A DNA stretch of 63,445 nucleotides, filler included, from Octopus bimaculoides (taxonomy: Eukaryota), in NCBI RefSeq assembly GCF_001194135.2. It is 7 parts of 6 records of this genome, joined end to end, with 100 filler letters (N's around TTAATTAATTAA, not from the genome) between each part and the next. Parts side by side here need not be neighbours in the genome. Positions count along the whole stretch, not along the records: positions 5,105 to 19,405 come from NC_068994.1; positions 19,506 to 27,152 come from NW_026330555.1; 5 more parts are not named here. One strand, 5' to 3'. The notes under the pieces are model-generated. The model saw only the letters and a program-made list of their open reading frames with translations. It was not told the DNA's origin and made no database searches. A program made the position numbers and the translations under genes. Positions 11,495-25,074 of the stretch are shown piece after piece; the stretch's first letter is position 1, and each line of letters opens with the position of its first letter.

Positions 11495-13586
11495 TCCGGT
11501 GAACTATTTGTGAAATTTACAAGAAAAGAAGAAGCAATTAAGAGTAATTAAGGCCAAGGGTGTTGGTGTTGGGTACTCTTCACTGGCACTCCTTTGGTTA
11601 CGAGGGTTCCAATTGATCCGATCAAGCGAACAACGTGCACACGAAATTAATGTGTAAGTGATAGAGCACTCCACAGACATGCTTACCTTTAACGTAATTC
11701 TCAATGCGATTCATCGTGACACAGAGTGTGACAAGGGTGGCTCTTTGAATTACAAGTACAGCACATTTTTTCCAGCTAAGTAACTGGAGCAGCCTGAAAC
11801 AAAGTATCTTGATGGAGACAACGGGCCGCTGACAATCTAAATCACACCCTTATGACTGCCAAGTTTCTCATTGACAGAAATTTGCTGGGTTCATTCCGAA
11901 CCTCTGCGTTCTCAGTTTAAATCTTGTAGTGGTTAACCTTGTATCTAAAAGTTCGATAAAATAAATATCCGTTGAGCCCTACGGTCGATATAATCGACTT
12001 GTCCCCTCCCCTGAAATTGCTGGCCTTGTGCCAAAATTTGAAACCAATATATGTATGTATATATTTGCACGTGTATATATATATTCACGAAGAACTGAAG
12101 TAAATTTAAATTCTACAAAACCACTTTGGGTGAATTAAGAATATATACACATCCTATCTACATTACTGAAGTATGAAAAGAAAAGGGGATAGTGTCCCCC
12201 TGATAGATATTTCGAGGTTTGTTGATCGCTCCTCAGAGAATACGAACTCTGCTTCTTTCCGCAATCAAAACATATATCAGTTACTTATAAAGTAGTTATA
12301 AATTAGATGAGCACTGTGGTGGATAACCTAATTTGAATATTTCTGTTTTTAACATACACTGAAGCAGCCTGAATCCTTTTGCATTTTGCCATCATCTTTC
12401 ATTGTTCGGTTTTTATTTTTGTAAACATTCGTTTAATAAGCGACATTTTGTCATTGACGAAATTGTAATACTGGAATAAAAAAATGAATTTTGATTGCGT
12501 TATAAAAAAAAAAAGAAAGATAGAATGGAAAAATGGAAAAAGAAGAAAAAAAATTAAATCTCTTAAACAGCGACATCAGATAGAGAAAAACAATTTATGA
12601 AATAAACAAACAAAAAGTATCATTTTTCCAAATTAGGAGGAATTCAGAGGAATTTTATAAAATTTAATAATAATTACCGAACAGGACAATAAATGAATAA
12701 GAGATTTGTGACAATGATAAAAAAACTGTATTTACGCAAATTAACAAAACAATAAATAATAACGCGGATGTGACAATGCAAAGTACTAATAACAACACAA
12801 CAACGAAATGGAAAACTGAAAGTGCANNNNNNNNNNNNNNNNNNNNNNNNNNNNNNNNNNNNNNNNNNNNNNNNNNNNNNNNNNNNNNNNNNNNNNNNNN
12901 NNNNNNNNNNNNNNNNNNNNNNNNNNNNNNNNNNNNNNNNNNNNNNNNNNNNNNNNNNNNNNNNNNNNNNNNNNNNNNNNNNNNNNNNNNNNNNNNNNNN
13001 NNNNNNNNNNNNNNNNNNNNNNNNNNNNNNNNNNNNNNNNNNNNNNNNNNNNNNNNNNNNNNNNNNNNNNNNNNNNNNNNNNNNNNNNNNNNNNNNNNNN
13101 NNNNNNNNNNNNNNNNNNNNNNNNNNNNNNNNNNNNNNNNNNNNNNNNNNNNNNNNNNNNNNNNNNNNNNNNNNNNNNNNNNNNNNNNNNNNNNNNNNNN
13201 NNNNNNNNNNNNNNNNNNNNNNNNNNNNNNNNNNNNNNNNNNNNNNNNNNNNNNNNNNNNNNNNNNNNNNNNNNNNNNNNNNNNNNNNNNNNNNNNNNNN
13301 NNNNNNNNNNNNNNNNNNNNNNNNNNNNNNNNNNNNNNNNNNNNNNNNNNNNNNNNNNNNNNNNNNNNNNNNNNNNNNNNNNNTATATATATATATATAT
13401 GTATATACGACGAGCTTCTTTCAGTTTGTGTCTATTAAATCCGCTCACATGGCTATAGTAGAAGATACTTACCCATGGGGCCACGCAATAACACTGAACC
13501 TGGTGCCATGTGGTTGGGAAGCAAGCTTCTTAACACACAGCCAAGCCAGGTATATATATATTCCATTTGACTAAGACAAATCCGAT

Positions 13587-13810
13587 TCAAGGTTTAAGAT
13601 AATAATCATTGTTCCACGATGCCCGGCATATCTGGTTGTAACGATCACGTGCTTCATTTATAAACTGGCAATGTGGTACTCGGCCTTGTACTTGTTTATA
13701 CATAGTATGAGAAAAAGTAAGAATATTGTCGCATAACTTTTGACCTTCTCCTGAGAAGAATGTAACCCTCCGTAAAATGTCAGGTGCGACAGTGGCCGTC
13801 AGCTTGAAGC
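13587..13810 (-). CDS. Candidate terminal exon of unidentified protein (GFKLTATVAPDILRRVTFFSGEGQKLC...ICRASWNNDYYLKP*)
   Basis: 73 open codons in a unique island, acceptor ttttcatatgtatgtag (phase 1), natural amino-acid composition. No family recognised. Confidence 0.4.
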
Positions 13811-14121
13811 CTACATACATATGAAAATACAATCATACATACGTACGTAAATAAAGTATATATTCAGATATAGAAACGTATACATACAAAGAATCACATG
13901 TACAGATGTATGTGCATCAATGCAAGATATATGTAAATTGTAAAACATAACTATCACCAATGCTACATGCACATGAAGATTGCATAGTTTAATGCATGAA
14001 AGTACTAGTGCAATCAGAATGGACGTTAAATATTCCTATCATTCCATTATATTATATTATCTTATATTATGATAAGATTGTAAATAAAACGTGAAAATCA
14101 AAGTTGGAATTTCTACATATA

Positions 14122-14153
<32 letters not shown>

Positions 14154-14158
14154 AACAT

Positions 14159-14340
14159 ACAGAGATGGACGTAAGTCCGTTAATCCGTTAATCGTTAATT
14201 AACGAAGTTAACATTTACGTCAACGATTTAACTTGTAAGATAACTTTGGAAATCCTTATCCGACTAATCAACTTCCGTTACATTTAGCTTCCGTTAAATC
14301 AAGTCCGTTAACCCCAAAATTTGATAAAAACCAGTAAACA
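14159..14340 (+). mobile_element. Probable end of a hAT-like DNA element
   Basis: Starts cagagatggacg followed by clustered ccgttaa/ccgtta subterminal motifs. Matching other end not found. Confidence 0.35.
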
Positions 14341-14877
14341 TTTTTTCCTTTTTTTTTTTCGTGAAAACATGCCTCGCATCATTCTGAAGACTTTGGTGAA
14401 AAACATTAGAAAAAATCCCCGTCAAAACGGAGAAATTCCAACTTACGCGGGCCGTCTGATCCGAAACTCTGTTTTACAGAAATCTCTCCCTCCCCCGCCC
14501 CCTTTGAAAACTTTTGTCCCGAGTAGTACTTACTATTATCACCTCTGATGTTGAAACTATTTTGATTAGTGAATTTGTTAACTTTGGCTGGTATTAGATA
14601 AGGATAAACTATTCATTACTCTTACTAAACTTTCTACAGCCACCTTCACATTCCATGACCACCATTGCGATTGATCGGGTACCGGACAAGGATTCTGGAG
14701 TATTTTTCCGATTTTTTAAACTGAGTTTTTGGGAGCGGTCGGGTTCATTTTTAGTATTCTTGTTTGTGAGAGCAGTCGAGTTTATTTCAGATATTCTCAT
14801 TTTAAAAATTATCTCCAGCTAATCATTGAGAGGACGTTGGTGTCGCCTTGGCGGAGGTTTGCGCTCTCTGAGTGCTC

Positions 14878-14935
<58 letters not shown>

Positions 14936-14945
14936 CACTATTATT

Positions 14946-14996
<51 letters not shown>

Positions 14997-15020
14997 ATTA
15001 TTATTATTATTATTATTATT

Positions 15021-15400
15021 CAGTAGTNNNNNNNNNNATTTCTTTTTTTGTTTATTCTTGATATGGGTATATGTTATTTTTGGTTTATGTAGGTGGTTTA
15101 TTAGTGATAGTTATATATATTTGTAAGTCCTGGTGTTTTTGTTATGTTTTTGTCTGAATATTTTTTTTAATTATACCTGAGGCACCTACTATGATAGGAA
15201 TTGTTTCTGCTTTTAGATTCCACATTCGAGTTACCTGTATTTCCAGGTCTTTGTATTTTGAAAGTTTCTCCATTTCTTTTAGGGAAAGGTTGTCATCTGC
15301 TGGTATTGATACATCTATTAGAACGCATTTTTTCCTTCATGATCTTTGACAACTATATCTGGTCTATTTGCCTTAATTTCTCTATCTGTGTGTATTGTGT
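15021..15400 (-). mobile_element. 5'-truncated R4/Dong-like LINE (RLE endonuclease region and 3' end)
   Basis: IHTDREIKANRPDIVVKDHE...LIDVSIPADDNLSLKEMEKLSKYKDLE...RMW. Ends actactg(aat)n and is flanked by (AAT)n-type repeats on both sides. Confidence 0.8.
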
Positions 15401-16016
15401 ATTATTATTATTATTATTATTATTATGATTATTATTATTATCATCATCATCATCATCATCATCATTATCATCATCATTATTATTATTATTATTATTATTA
15501 TTCGTTTGCATGTGACCAATGTCTACAAGTTGACGTAGATGTTGTTTATTTATTGTCCAACCTAAACAAACATTTCCGGTAAACGGAACAACGAAAAACC
15601 TGTTTTGAAAAAGCATTTTAAAGTAATTTTTTAAAGAACTCATCCGATGATTAAATGTAAAATACATTCCGAATGTTTTTGGACTGAATACGGATCTGTG
15701 TTTAACAAATGTTTGGAGATCAGATAAAAGTGTAGAATCATCAGTTGTCGCTATTTGTCAAAAAGTGTAGATGGCGCCATTTTCAAGCATTTTGTTTTTC
15801 ATCTAATACGCTTGGATCGCTCGACTTTGCCTTTCATCTTTTCAGGGTCGATAAAGCACGTACCATCTGAGAACCAGGGTCGATATAATCGACTTACTCA
15901 CTTCCCCGAAACTGCTGTCAAATGTAAATAATGTAAATAATGTACATAATTCCTCATCTCTTAAATATAGAACTGAATAATAATAATGATGATGGTGATA
16001 ATAATAATAATAATAA

Positions 16017-16137
16017 TAAACACTTTCAATACAGTAAACATAAGAGCACCACAGCAAACCACAGCACATACCCAAGGCGCACAGAGCTGCGCTCGGTAGT
16101 GAAGTGAAAGCACGTTATAAAAATAAAACTACTGAAC
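16017..16137 (+). mobile_element. Short 3' end of the same R4/Dong-like LINE
   Basis: Reverse-complement match to about 19104-19220. (AAT)n on both sides. Confidence 0.8.
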
Positions 16138-16245
<108 letters not shown>

Positions 16246-17265
16246 TTCTTTTATTTGCCACCAGGGCGAAAGATGAGGGGAATAATACAAAAACAGACAT
16301 GATAAAAAAAATATATACATTAGAAGAAGGGAATATATATAGTATATGACACTAGAAAAAGAGGGGGAAAATGATTCGTGGTGGAATCCCCCTGATTCAG
16401 TAGACCTTTAGTAAATCTTTAGGCCCTGTGCCTTATAGTAGAAAGGATTATTATTAATGGCCGTCAGCTTGGCAAACCATGTTTGACCTAGCTCCGTGTA
16501 TTTTATAACGAACACAAAATACTTTTGTTTGCACTTTTGGAATCTAAGCCATTGCGGGCAGCAATTTAATTCCTGTCGATCTGTGTGTTTCCTTTCTTGT
16601 TTTGTCCCTCAATTTCGGGGAACAAGACAATTTAGTTTCCATTACGAAAATTATTTTCGTTTTCTCCCTAACATGGAGAAAAACCTGTCTGAATGCGGTG
16701 ACGCTCGTATGTGAGAAAGAAGGAGAAAGTGAGGATTGTCACCAAATCACAATATGAGGGCGGCGAGCGTGATGCACTATCTAACCGCATCTTACAAAAA
16801 AAAAAAAAAATACAGACGACAAGTCTGTCTTTACCGAGAACGAGAGAGAAAAGGATAAGAGAGCCATTTTTTTTCAAGAGAAAACTCTTGAAAGAGCTTT
16901 CAGAAAACAACAACAGCTCTGATAACAACAACGACGACAACAACAACACTGTTTTTCAAGCACTGCAGACAACAAAAGAACCAAATAACACGTTCTATGA
17001 AAATGGAAACAATGCAAAGCCTTTCGTGTGTGAATCGACTGCTAGNNNNNNNNNNTCAGAAAACAACAACAGCTCTGATAACAACAACGACGACAACAAC
17101 AACACTGTTTTTCAAGCACTGCAGACAACAAAAGAACCAAATAACACGTTCTATGAAAATGGAAACAATGCAAAGCCTTTCGTGTGTGAATCGACTGCTA
17201 GGATCGACACATCGAAAACTTTGCTCGTTTCAAACACAAACAAGAGCAGCAACAACAGCAGCAGC

Positions 17266-17317
<52 letters not shown>

Positions 17318-18007
17318 GCAACAACAACGACAACAACAACAAAAACAAAAACAAAAACAAAGAACACTTGACTTTGCTGCGCTAGGGGTCACCAAGGCCC
17401 CTCTTCAGAGAATAAAATTCTCAGAAGAGGAAATCAGAAATGCCAGACTTTGAGTCGAGCGAGATGGTCTAACTGTCAAACTATCGACATCACCCAAAAT
17501 ACGACACGTTGCGCAGTGATGTACGTACGATCGGATTGATACCGGTGAGGGCGGTAAAGAGCCACCGAGAAACAAATCCAAAAAGCTTTAGGTTCCGCTT
17601 GTAACCTAGAAGAATATATACAAAAGGGAAGGGGTTGCGGAACAGTGGAGATGAGATTCCAAACAGTGGAGGAAGCAAGCTGTTACTCTCTCAAATCCCT
17701 CAAAATCGAGAAGCTGTAGTTAGTTCCATTCTACTACGTCCAGAGAATGGTAAAAGACACATCCAGCAGGTGTCACCGGAAATAGCCCTTCCTTGATTAA
17801 TTGTTGCGGTCATGATAGACATCAAGGAAAACACAGGAATCCTCGAAGTCTATCAGACCAAACGTGAGAACTGGTCAGAGATGACAGTAGAGACCTCATC
17901 CTTGACCAGTCAGAAGAAAACTCTGCAGCTTATTTTGCTGGGTATGAGGGAAAGTGTCAACTGTCCACAGCCAGCAGACTAAGATGACACTTGTTTACTG
18001 GTCATGC

Positions 18008-19078
18008 TTAGACCCTTTTTTTCTTTCTTCGGCTGTCTTCAGTTATGGCTTTATTGATCATTAGCTGATCTTTACAACCGTATGAGCCCTTGCAGCATCT
18101 CTTCTGCTCTTCTGGAAATAGGTTATTTTCTTCCAGATGCTTGCTCATTCTCTGCAATATTATTTCAGTAAAGACTTTGTAAATTGTAGGGAGACAAGTT
18201 ATTGGTCTGTAATTTTGTGGGTTTGCCGTTTCAGTGGATTTGGGAATTAGGATAGTTTTCCCTTTCGTGAGCCATTCATGCCTTGTCATTAAATTTCTCA
18301 GTCAGGATTTTACGTGGTCCTGTCAGATATTTTAACCAGAAGTTGGGGATCTTATCATGCCCGGCTGCCTTCCAGTTGCTTAGTTTTTGCAGTGCCTGTG
18401 TGACCTATTCAGATGTTATAGAAGTCCAGAGTCGTTCATATGCTGAGTTTGTTGTTTTGATAGACCTTTACAGAGGTTGTTCCTTCGCCGACCATATTTC
18501 TTTCCAGAATTCTTCCACTTCTGCTGTTGGTGCTGCATTGATGTCTATTTTATTTTTGCCAAGTTCTTGGTAGAATCTTTTGGGTTGGAGTTGAACTGTT
18601 TGCTTTGTTCAAAGAACCGTTGGCGTTTATTATACCGACGGATTCTTTGTACTTTGGCGAGGATATCTTGCTTTAGCTGTTCTTTTACCTCAGGTACAGG
18701 TATATCTTGTTCTGTAATTTTGTATCTACACAGTATTTTCGTTCTCTTCTTGTTGCTTAGTAGTGTTGCTTGTCTAATAGTTTCGTTTAGGACTGACAGA
18801 TCTTTTCTCTTGTTTTCTATTTTTTTCTGGATATTATTTATCTACAGGGTTTGTTTGGGTGGTAGTACTCCTCTTTGGATGAGTTTGAGGGAGTATCCAC
18901 CTTCTTTTGTGACCACAGCGGCTGCTGCATATAATATATCATTTAGCCTAGTCATATTGACATTTGTTTTTGTGGCTATTAGTTCTGTGACGGCCAGTTT
19001 TATGCTATTTATTATTGATGTTGTTTTAGTATCAATTTTAATTTTGGGGCGGGGTACAATCGATGGTCCATACTCAGA
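18008..19078 (-). mobile_element. 5'-truncated R4/Dong-like LINE, pre-RT and RT N-terminal region (pseudogenised)
   Basis: ...QFNSNPK.FYQEL...WKAAGHDKIPNFWLK...YRPITCLPTIYK...EEQKRCCKGSYGCKDQLMINKAI. Contains stops and frameshifts and breaks off after KKGLSM. Confidence 0.85.
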
Positions 19079-19103
19079 TTATTATTATTATTATTATTAT
19101 TAT

Positions 19104-19405
19104 TCAGTAGTTTTATTTTTATAACGTGCTTTCACTTCACTACCGAGCGCAGCTCTGTGCGCCTTGGGTATGTGCTGTGGTTTGCTGTGGTGCTCTTATG
19201 TTTACTGTATTGAAAGTGTTTTGCGTAGAATGTGTGCAGTACCCAGTAGTGCAATTTTCTGTATGTTATATATATTTGTAAGTCCTGGTGTTTTTGTTAT
19301 GTATTTGTCTGAATATTTTTTTATTATACCTAAGGCACCTACTATGATAGGAATTGTTTCTGTTTTTAGATTCCACATTCGAGTTATCTCTATTTCCAGG
19401 TCTTT
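19104..19405 (-). mobile_element. 3' end of R4/Dong-like LINE (RLE C-terminus, UTR, (AAT)n tail)
   Basis: DLEIEITRMWNLKTETIPIIVGALGII...KIALLGTAHILRKTLSIQ*, then actactg(aat)n. Confidence 0.85.
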
Positions 19406-19690
19406 NNNNNNNNNNNNNNNNNNNNNNNNNNNNNNNNNNNNNNNNNNNNTTAATTAATTAANNNNNNNNNNNNNNNNNNNNNNNNNNNNNNNNNNNNNNN
19501 NNNNNTATATATTTATTTATATATAAATATATATATATTTATTTATATATATATATGTATAAATAAATATATATATATATATTCATATATATACATGTAT
19601 AAATAAATATGTATATATATATTCATATATATACATGTATAAATAAATATATATATATATATATATATTCATATATATATATATATATAT

Positions 19691-19729
<39 letters not shown>

Positions 19730-19772
19730 CATACATACATACAAATATATATATATATATATACATACATAC

Positions 19773-19907
19773 GTGCGTGTGCGTTCAGCAATGACCTCGT
19801 TTGCAGCTATCATTATTCTTGCATCTTTGATCACATTTGTAATTATTGGCACAAGCTCTAACGTCCACAAAATTTGCAATTTTGTCCATAATTCCGGTAC
19901 TGAATAA
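19773..19907 (-). CDS. Candidate internal exon ([44 protein letters not shown])
   Basis: Open frame between AG acceptors (19908 or 19900) and donor AC|gtatgt. First codon position is G-rich. An antisense frame is also open, so strand is uncertain. Confidence 0.35.
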
Positions 19908-20226
19908 CTTGCAGTTTTGACAAAATTTAAATAAATATAAAAAATGAAAACAAAAGACAACAAAAGACCATCTTTTCATTTGAGTGTTAAACTTAAATTT
20001 ATTCAAATAACAACTGATCTACAGTAATTAAGAGAAAATTGAAACAAAATATTCGAAATTAAATTATAATTTTCTTAAAAATATATAAACGTTTCTGTAA
20101 GTTTTAATTTAAATGAATTAAATTTGACAAACAATTTATAAACAGAAAAATATATTCATTCATCCATCCATTATCCATTTGTCTACCTAGGTACCTACTT
20201 ATCCATTTGTCTACCTAGGTACCTAC

Positions 20227-20273
<47 letters not shown>

Positions 20274-20953
20274 CATATGTGTGTGTGTGTTTGTGTATGT
20301 ATGTTATAATGTATGTATTTATATAAGTATCTCTCTATCTGTCAGTCTACCTATGCTGCTACCCATCTACATACCGATCTACAACCAAAGTGACGTCACA
20401 TTCTCTGTCTTTCTACAATCTGGTTAAGGACAAAAGTGCGAAACGTTCAATGTTTCACTCTTCACTACATCGGAACCTATCGAACTCCCTGTCTATGGAT
20501 TGCTTCTGAAGCAGACCATCACAGATTTTATCGTATTTCTAGTGTTGTTTAGTTTGCTTACGTACGTCTCGGAAGTGTCTGTGCTACACGTTCACGCCAT
20601 ACTTTTGCTACATGTTTTGCATCACATGCTTTAGGTACATGTCTACGCTACATGTTTTCCCGTGTGCTCCAATAATGTTTATATATTTGCTTTAAATGCA
20701 CTTTTGTTTTTATCAAAATTAATCTGACTGAAATTATAGCAGCGAACTGAATTCATAAGAAGTAATCTGGTGACCAATAAGTCTGCCTTGTTCCTGACTC
20801 TTAATCACTTACACTATCTTGTTCCCGTACTCTCTACCACAATACGAACTGCATGTCTTCTACTACAAAGTCTTTACACACACATACATTTCTTCATTCT
20901 TTCATACATACATGCATACGTACTTACGTACATACATAAGCATACCCACGCAC

Positions 20954-20993
<40 letters not shown>

Positions 20994-21040
20994 CATGCGT
21001 TCATACAAACATTTATACATACAAGCATGCATATATGCAC

Positions 21041-21081
<41 letters not shown>

Positions 21082-21730
21082 CATTCATACAAGTTTTAAT
21101 GCAATATTATGTATGTATATATACTGATATACGTATACTATATATTATGTATAAATATTTATATATATGTGTTTATATTTCTATGCATGCATACATGCAT
21201 GTATGTATAAGTTTCATGCTCTAAGTTCCTCTCTCTTACACACATACACACACACACACATACACACACACACAAGTGCACACGCACGCATAAACTCACA
21301 TATACTTACGGTCATTCATTCGTAGAACGTAACCGATCTTGATTCATCTAACTACTATCGTAGAGTCCAACTAATATATTTAACACAATGCAGGTAAATT
21401 CAGAGCTGCGACATTAAATCTAGAAAACAGAAAAAAATCTCACGAAACAAATATATATTTTGTAATATTTTTAGCTATCTTCTACATAATTATAAGAGCG
21501 TCTCATGTTTCATTTACGCTAAAGTTTTTGCAACTGGTTCAACCCACCTTTTATACATTTCCTTAAAAAAAGACGCGTTGTGCTATTTGCATGTTTATAC
21601 GGGTTTCTGTTTATACGGATTTCTGTTTATATGTTGTCGAGCATACCTTGTATATAGATTTAAAAAACCTGTGACTTCAGCTTGGATGTAGATATCTGTA
21701 TTTAGATCACTAAGTAAAACCAAAACACAA

Positions 21731-21777
<47 letters not shown>

Positions 21778-22199
21778 TGCACAAAAATCGTTCAGGTGCA
21801 CACGCGTGAACACGTATACGCACACTTGTACACACAGGCACGCGAACTGATGTTTAGAATAAAACGTAAACAAAACAAAAGAAAAACACAAACAAAAAAT
21901 GTTCACTCAAATGTTTTTTTTTTTTTGTAATCTTTAAATAACATTTTCATATTAAATAAATATATTTATCTTCTTCTAACTGTTGGCTTAAGTGTCTAAT
22001 TTTGGAGCGTGTGTCTTTTGTGTGTTTGCGTTTATACGTTGAAGTGTGTCACGTGTGTTACACATACCTATATCGTTCCATCTATGTATAAACTGTTTGT
22101 GTATAGTGGGCTTAATAACTACGTACTTCCATGTATATTCTATATAAATATATTGTATAATATATATATATATAAACATACATATATAATGTATAATAT

Positions 22200-22410
22200 A
22201 TAGGCGTCAAATTTTGGCACAAGGCCAGCAATTTGGGGGAGGAGCTAAGTTGATTACATCGACCCCAACACTCAACTGGTACTTATTTTATCGACCCCGA
22301 AAGGATGAAAGGCAAAGTCGACCTCGGTGGAATTTGAATGCAGAACGTTAAGACAGACAAAATACCGCTTAGCGTTTTGCCCGGCGTGCTAACGATTCTG
22401 CCAGCTCCCC
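22200..22410 (-). mobile_element. Second SINE-like family (ttcatcctttcggggtcgataaaataagtaccag core)
   Basis: Related decayed copies near 11930-12045, 15820-15910 and 55500-55560. Confidence 0.6.
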
Positions 22411-22435
22411 GGCTTATATAATGCATATAATAATA

Positions 22436-22473
<38 letters not shown>

Positions 22474-22985
22474 ATTTGTATATAATATACTTATATATAT
22501 CTTGTCTTGTGATTATATTTTCGTTGTTTGTTGAATTTTTGCTATCAAACCAAGAGAAAAATTACAATTTGTTTTAAGNNNNNNNNNNNNNNNNNNNNNN
22601 NNNNNNNNNNNNNNNNNNNNNNNNNNNNNNNNNNNNNNNNNNNNNNNNNNNNNNNNNNNNNNNNNNNNNNNNNNNNNNNNNNNNNNNNNNNNNNNNNNNN
22701 NNNNNNNNNNNNNNNNNNNNNNNNNNNNNNNNNNNNNNNNNNNNNNNNNNNNNNNNNNNNNNNNNNNNNNNNNNNNNNNNNNNNNNNNNNNNNNNNNNNN
22801 NNNNNNNNNNNNNNNNNNNNNNNNNNNNNNNNNNNNNNNNNNNNNNNNNNNNNNNNNNNNNNNNNNNNNNNNNNNNNNNNNNNNNNNNNNNNNNNNNNNN
22901 NNNNNNNNNNNNNNNNNNNNNNNNNNNNNNNNNNNNNNNNNNNNNNNNNNNNNNNNNNNNNNNNNNNNNNNNNNNNNNNNNNNNN

Positions 22986-23026
<41 letters not shown>

Positions 23027-23832
23027 GTGTGAATGTATGTATGTATACATACACGTGTACAACTCTGCTTATTGTTGTTATTATCGTCAAACTCATCGTC
23101 GGTGTTGTAGAGTATTGTTGTAGTTATAGTCGTTATAGTATATTTCATAAGTCAATTCATATTAACTTGACCGTAGTAGTGGCCGTTTATAATTTCGTTT
23201 TAAAAAAATCACAGATAAAGTATAGTGTGTATATACCCACTAGCAACGACCTCCACACACCCCTCAGCGCCTCCAAGTGCTGTTCATTACTCCAACCCCC
23301 AAAAGAAGTTGAGGGCAGCATGACACAACCTACTGTCCAATATTTAGCAATGACCATAGTATTTGGTCAATATCTACTAGGAAGCACTGTTGTATTGACC
23401 AAGAAGGATAAGGGGCGGTGGATGGCTGACTGGGGTAGCTACCTGTCAGTTCATCCATCTATCTACTATCTACCTGCTTGTCTGTTCATCTGTCTGTCTA
23501 TTAATCTATTTACCTATGTGTCCGCCTACCCTTCTGTCTACTTATCTATGTGCCTGCTTGCTCGTCTCTGCCTTTCAATCTACCTACCTTTCTGTTCATC
23601 TGTAAAACTATGTTTGTCTGTCTGTCTGCCTGCTTGCTTATCTATCTATATGCATGTGTACGTGTGTGTATATATTCATGTACGCATGTGTGTATATATG
23701 TGTATTGCCTATTGTAGTTATGTATAATATGGATGAATACTATAAATCATCATCAGGGATCGTCAAGCATTATCATCATCATCATCGCCATTATAATAAC
23801 CATCATCCGTGTTACAAGTATTATTATTATTG

Positions 23833-23863
<31 letters not shown>

Positions 23864-24523
23864 CGTATTGCATATTAATCTCATTCTTTTTGGGTAATTT
23901 TTCAGATCTTTTTACATTTTTTTTTACATTTTTTACAATTCTCTTGCAGTTTTTTTGGTAATTTTTCATGGGAGGGGATTATGGTTAAATTAGTTTTTAG
24001 TTACAATATGCTCATAAAATCTAGAAAAATCTTCTTTTTTTTTTGCACATCATTTGCCAACAACAAAATTGAAATGAAGAAAAAATAAACGATAAAAAAT
24101 ATAAACAATATATTAAAAGAATAACGTTAAATAATCTATGGTAAACCTTAAGTTTTGAACCGAAATTTTAGTAAAAACCTTAACAGAAAAAATCTAAGGT
24201 GGATTAAACCAAAGAATCTGAATGAATAGAAGAAACATAACATGTTTTAAAATTAAAATTTCATCTCGAAAATAAAGACTCTTTAATTTTTGTGGAATCA
24301 ATTATTCAATATTTAACTGTTTTGTTTTGCTTATTTGTTCAGCCAATCAGGCCATGCTGGAGTATCACTGTTAATTATCTGGATATTACTCATTCACTGT
24401 TTTATCTTCTTCTCTCTCTTTATATAAATACATATGTTTGCATTCGTCCATTCCCAGGCGGGAAAAAAAAAGAACATTCAATACCTTGTGTAATGCAAAT
24501 CACACATATATATATATACATAC

Positions 24524-24570
<47 letters not shown>

Positions 24571-25074
24571 TAAAAATATATTTGTTGCAAAACACAAATC
24601 GTAATATATCGATACAAAACATCGGCTTATGTAACAGAGAGAAGGTTTAGCTGGATATCATCGATAAATGCTTGCGTCGCATGCGTATAAGTTCCGAATT
24701 CATGATATTAAAATATATGTGTATATATTTATATATATATAGTAGAAAAATATATTGAGAAATTATTATTATTATTGAAGCCAATAACGTACGCGTGCAT
24801 GCGTGTCTAAGTTTGTGGTTCAAAACTTAAAACGAATACCGAAGGAAAAAAAAATTATAATAATAATAATGATAATTGTAATAATGATAAATTTTAAGAA
24901 CAAGAAAAAACAAAGAAGAACGAGAAAACAACAACAGCAGAAAAAAGCTTTTTTTTTACCTCTGCCAACAGGGAGACGGAATAAAATGGTGGGTTACTAA
25001 AAACAGAACGATATTATCCCACAAATTTATCTCCCCCTTGTTTCTTTTTTAACTTTGACAACGTTCCTCACTTG

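Noticed and set aside
14560-14880. Short ORFs at 14609-14800
   Set aside because: The sequence looks like a dispersed non-coding repeat (cctccgccaagg terminus), and neither frame has coding-like composition.
16711-17385. 224-aa Asn-rich ORF with an internal duplication
   Set aside because: About 16897-17045 is repeated exactly at 17057-17200 across an 11-N gap, a typical contig-overlap artefact, and the rest is (AAC)n.
17380-17415. Minus-strand CTGAAGA-GGGG...CCCC as a hammerhead
   Set aside because: No GAAA follows stem II.
18477-19124. 215-aa hydrophobic plus-strand ORF
   Set aside because: It is the antisense shadow of the Lys/Glu/Gln-rich R4-like ORF.
20810-20860. Minus-strand KTCSSYCGREYGNKI resembling the ZNF474 CGREFG motif
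   Set aside because: Cys spacing is wrong, there is no His/Cys partner, and the frame closes immediately. Probably chance.
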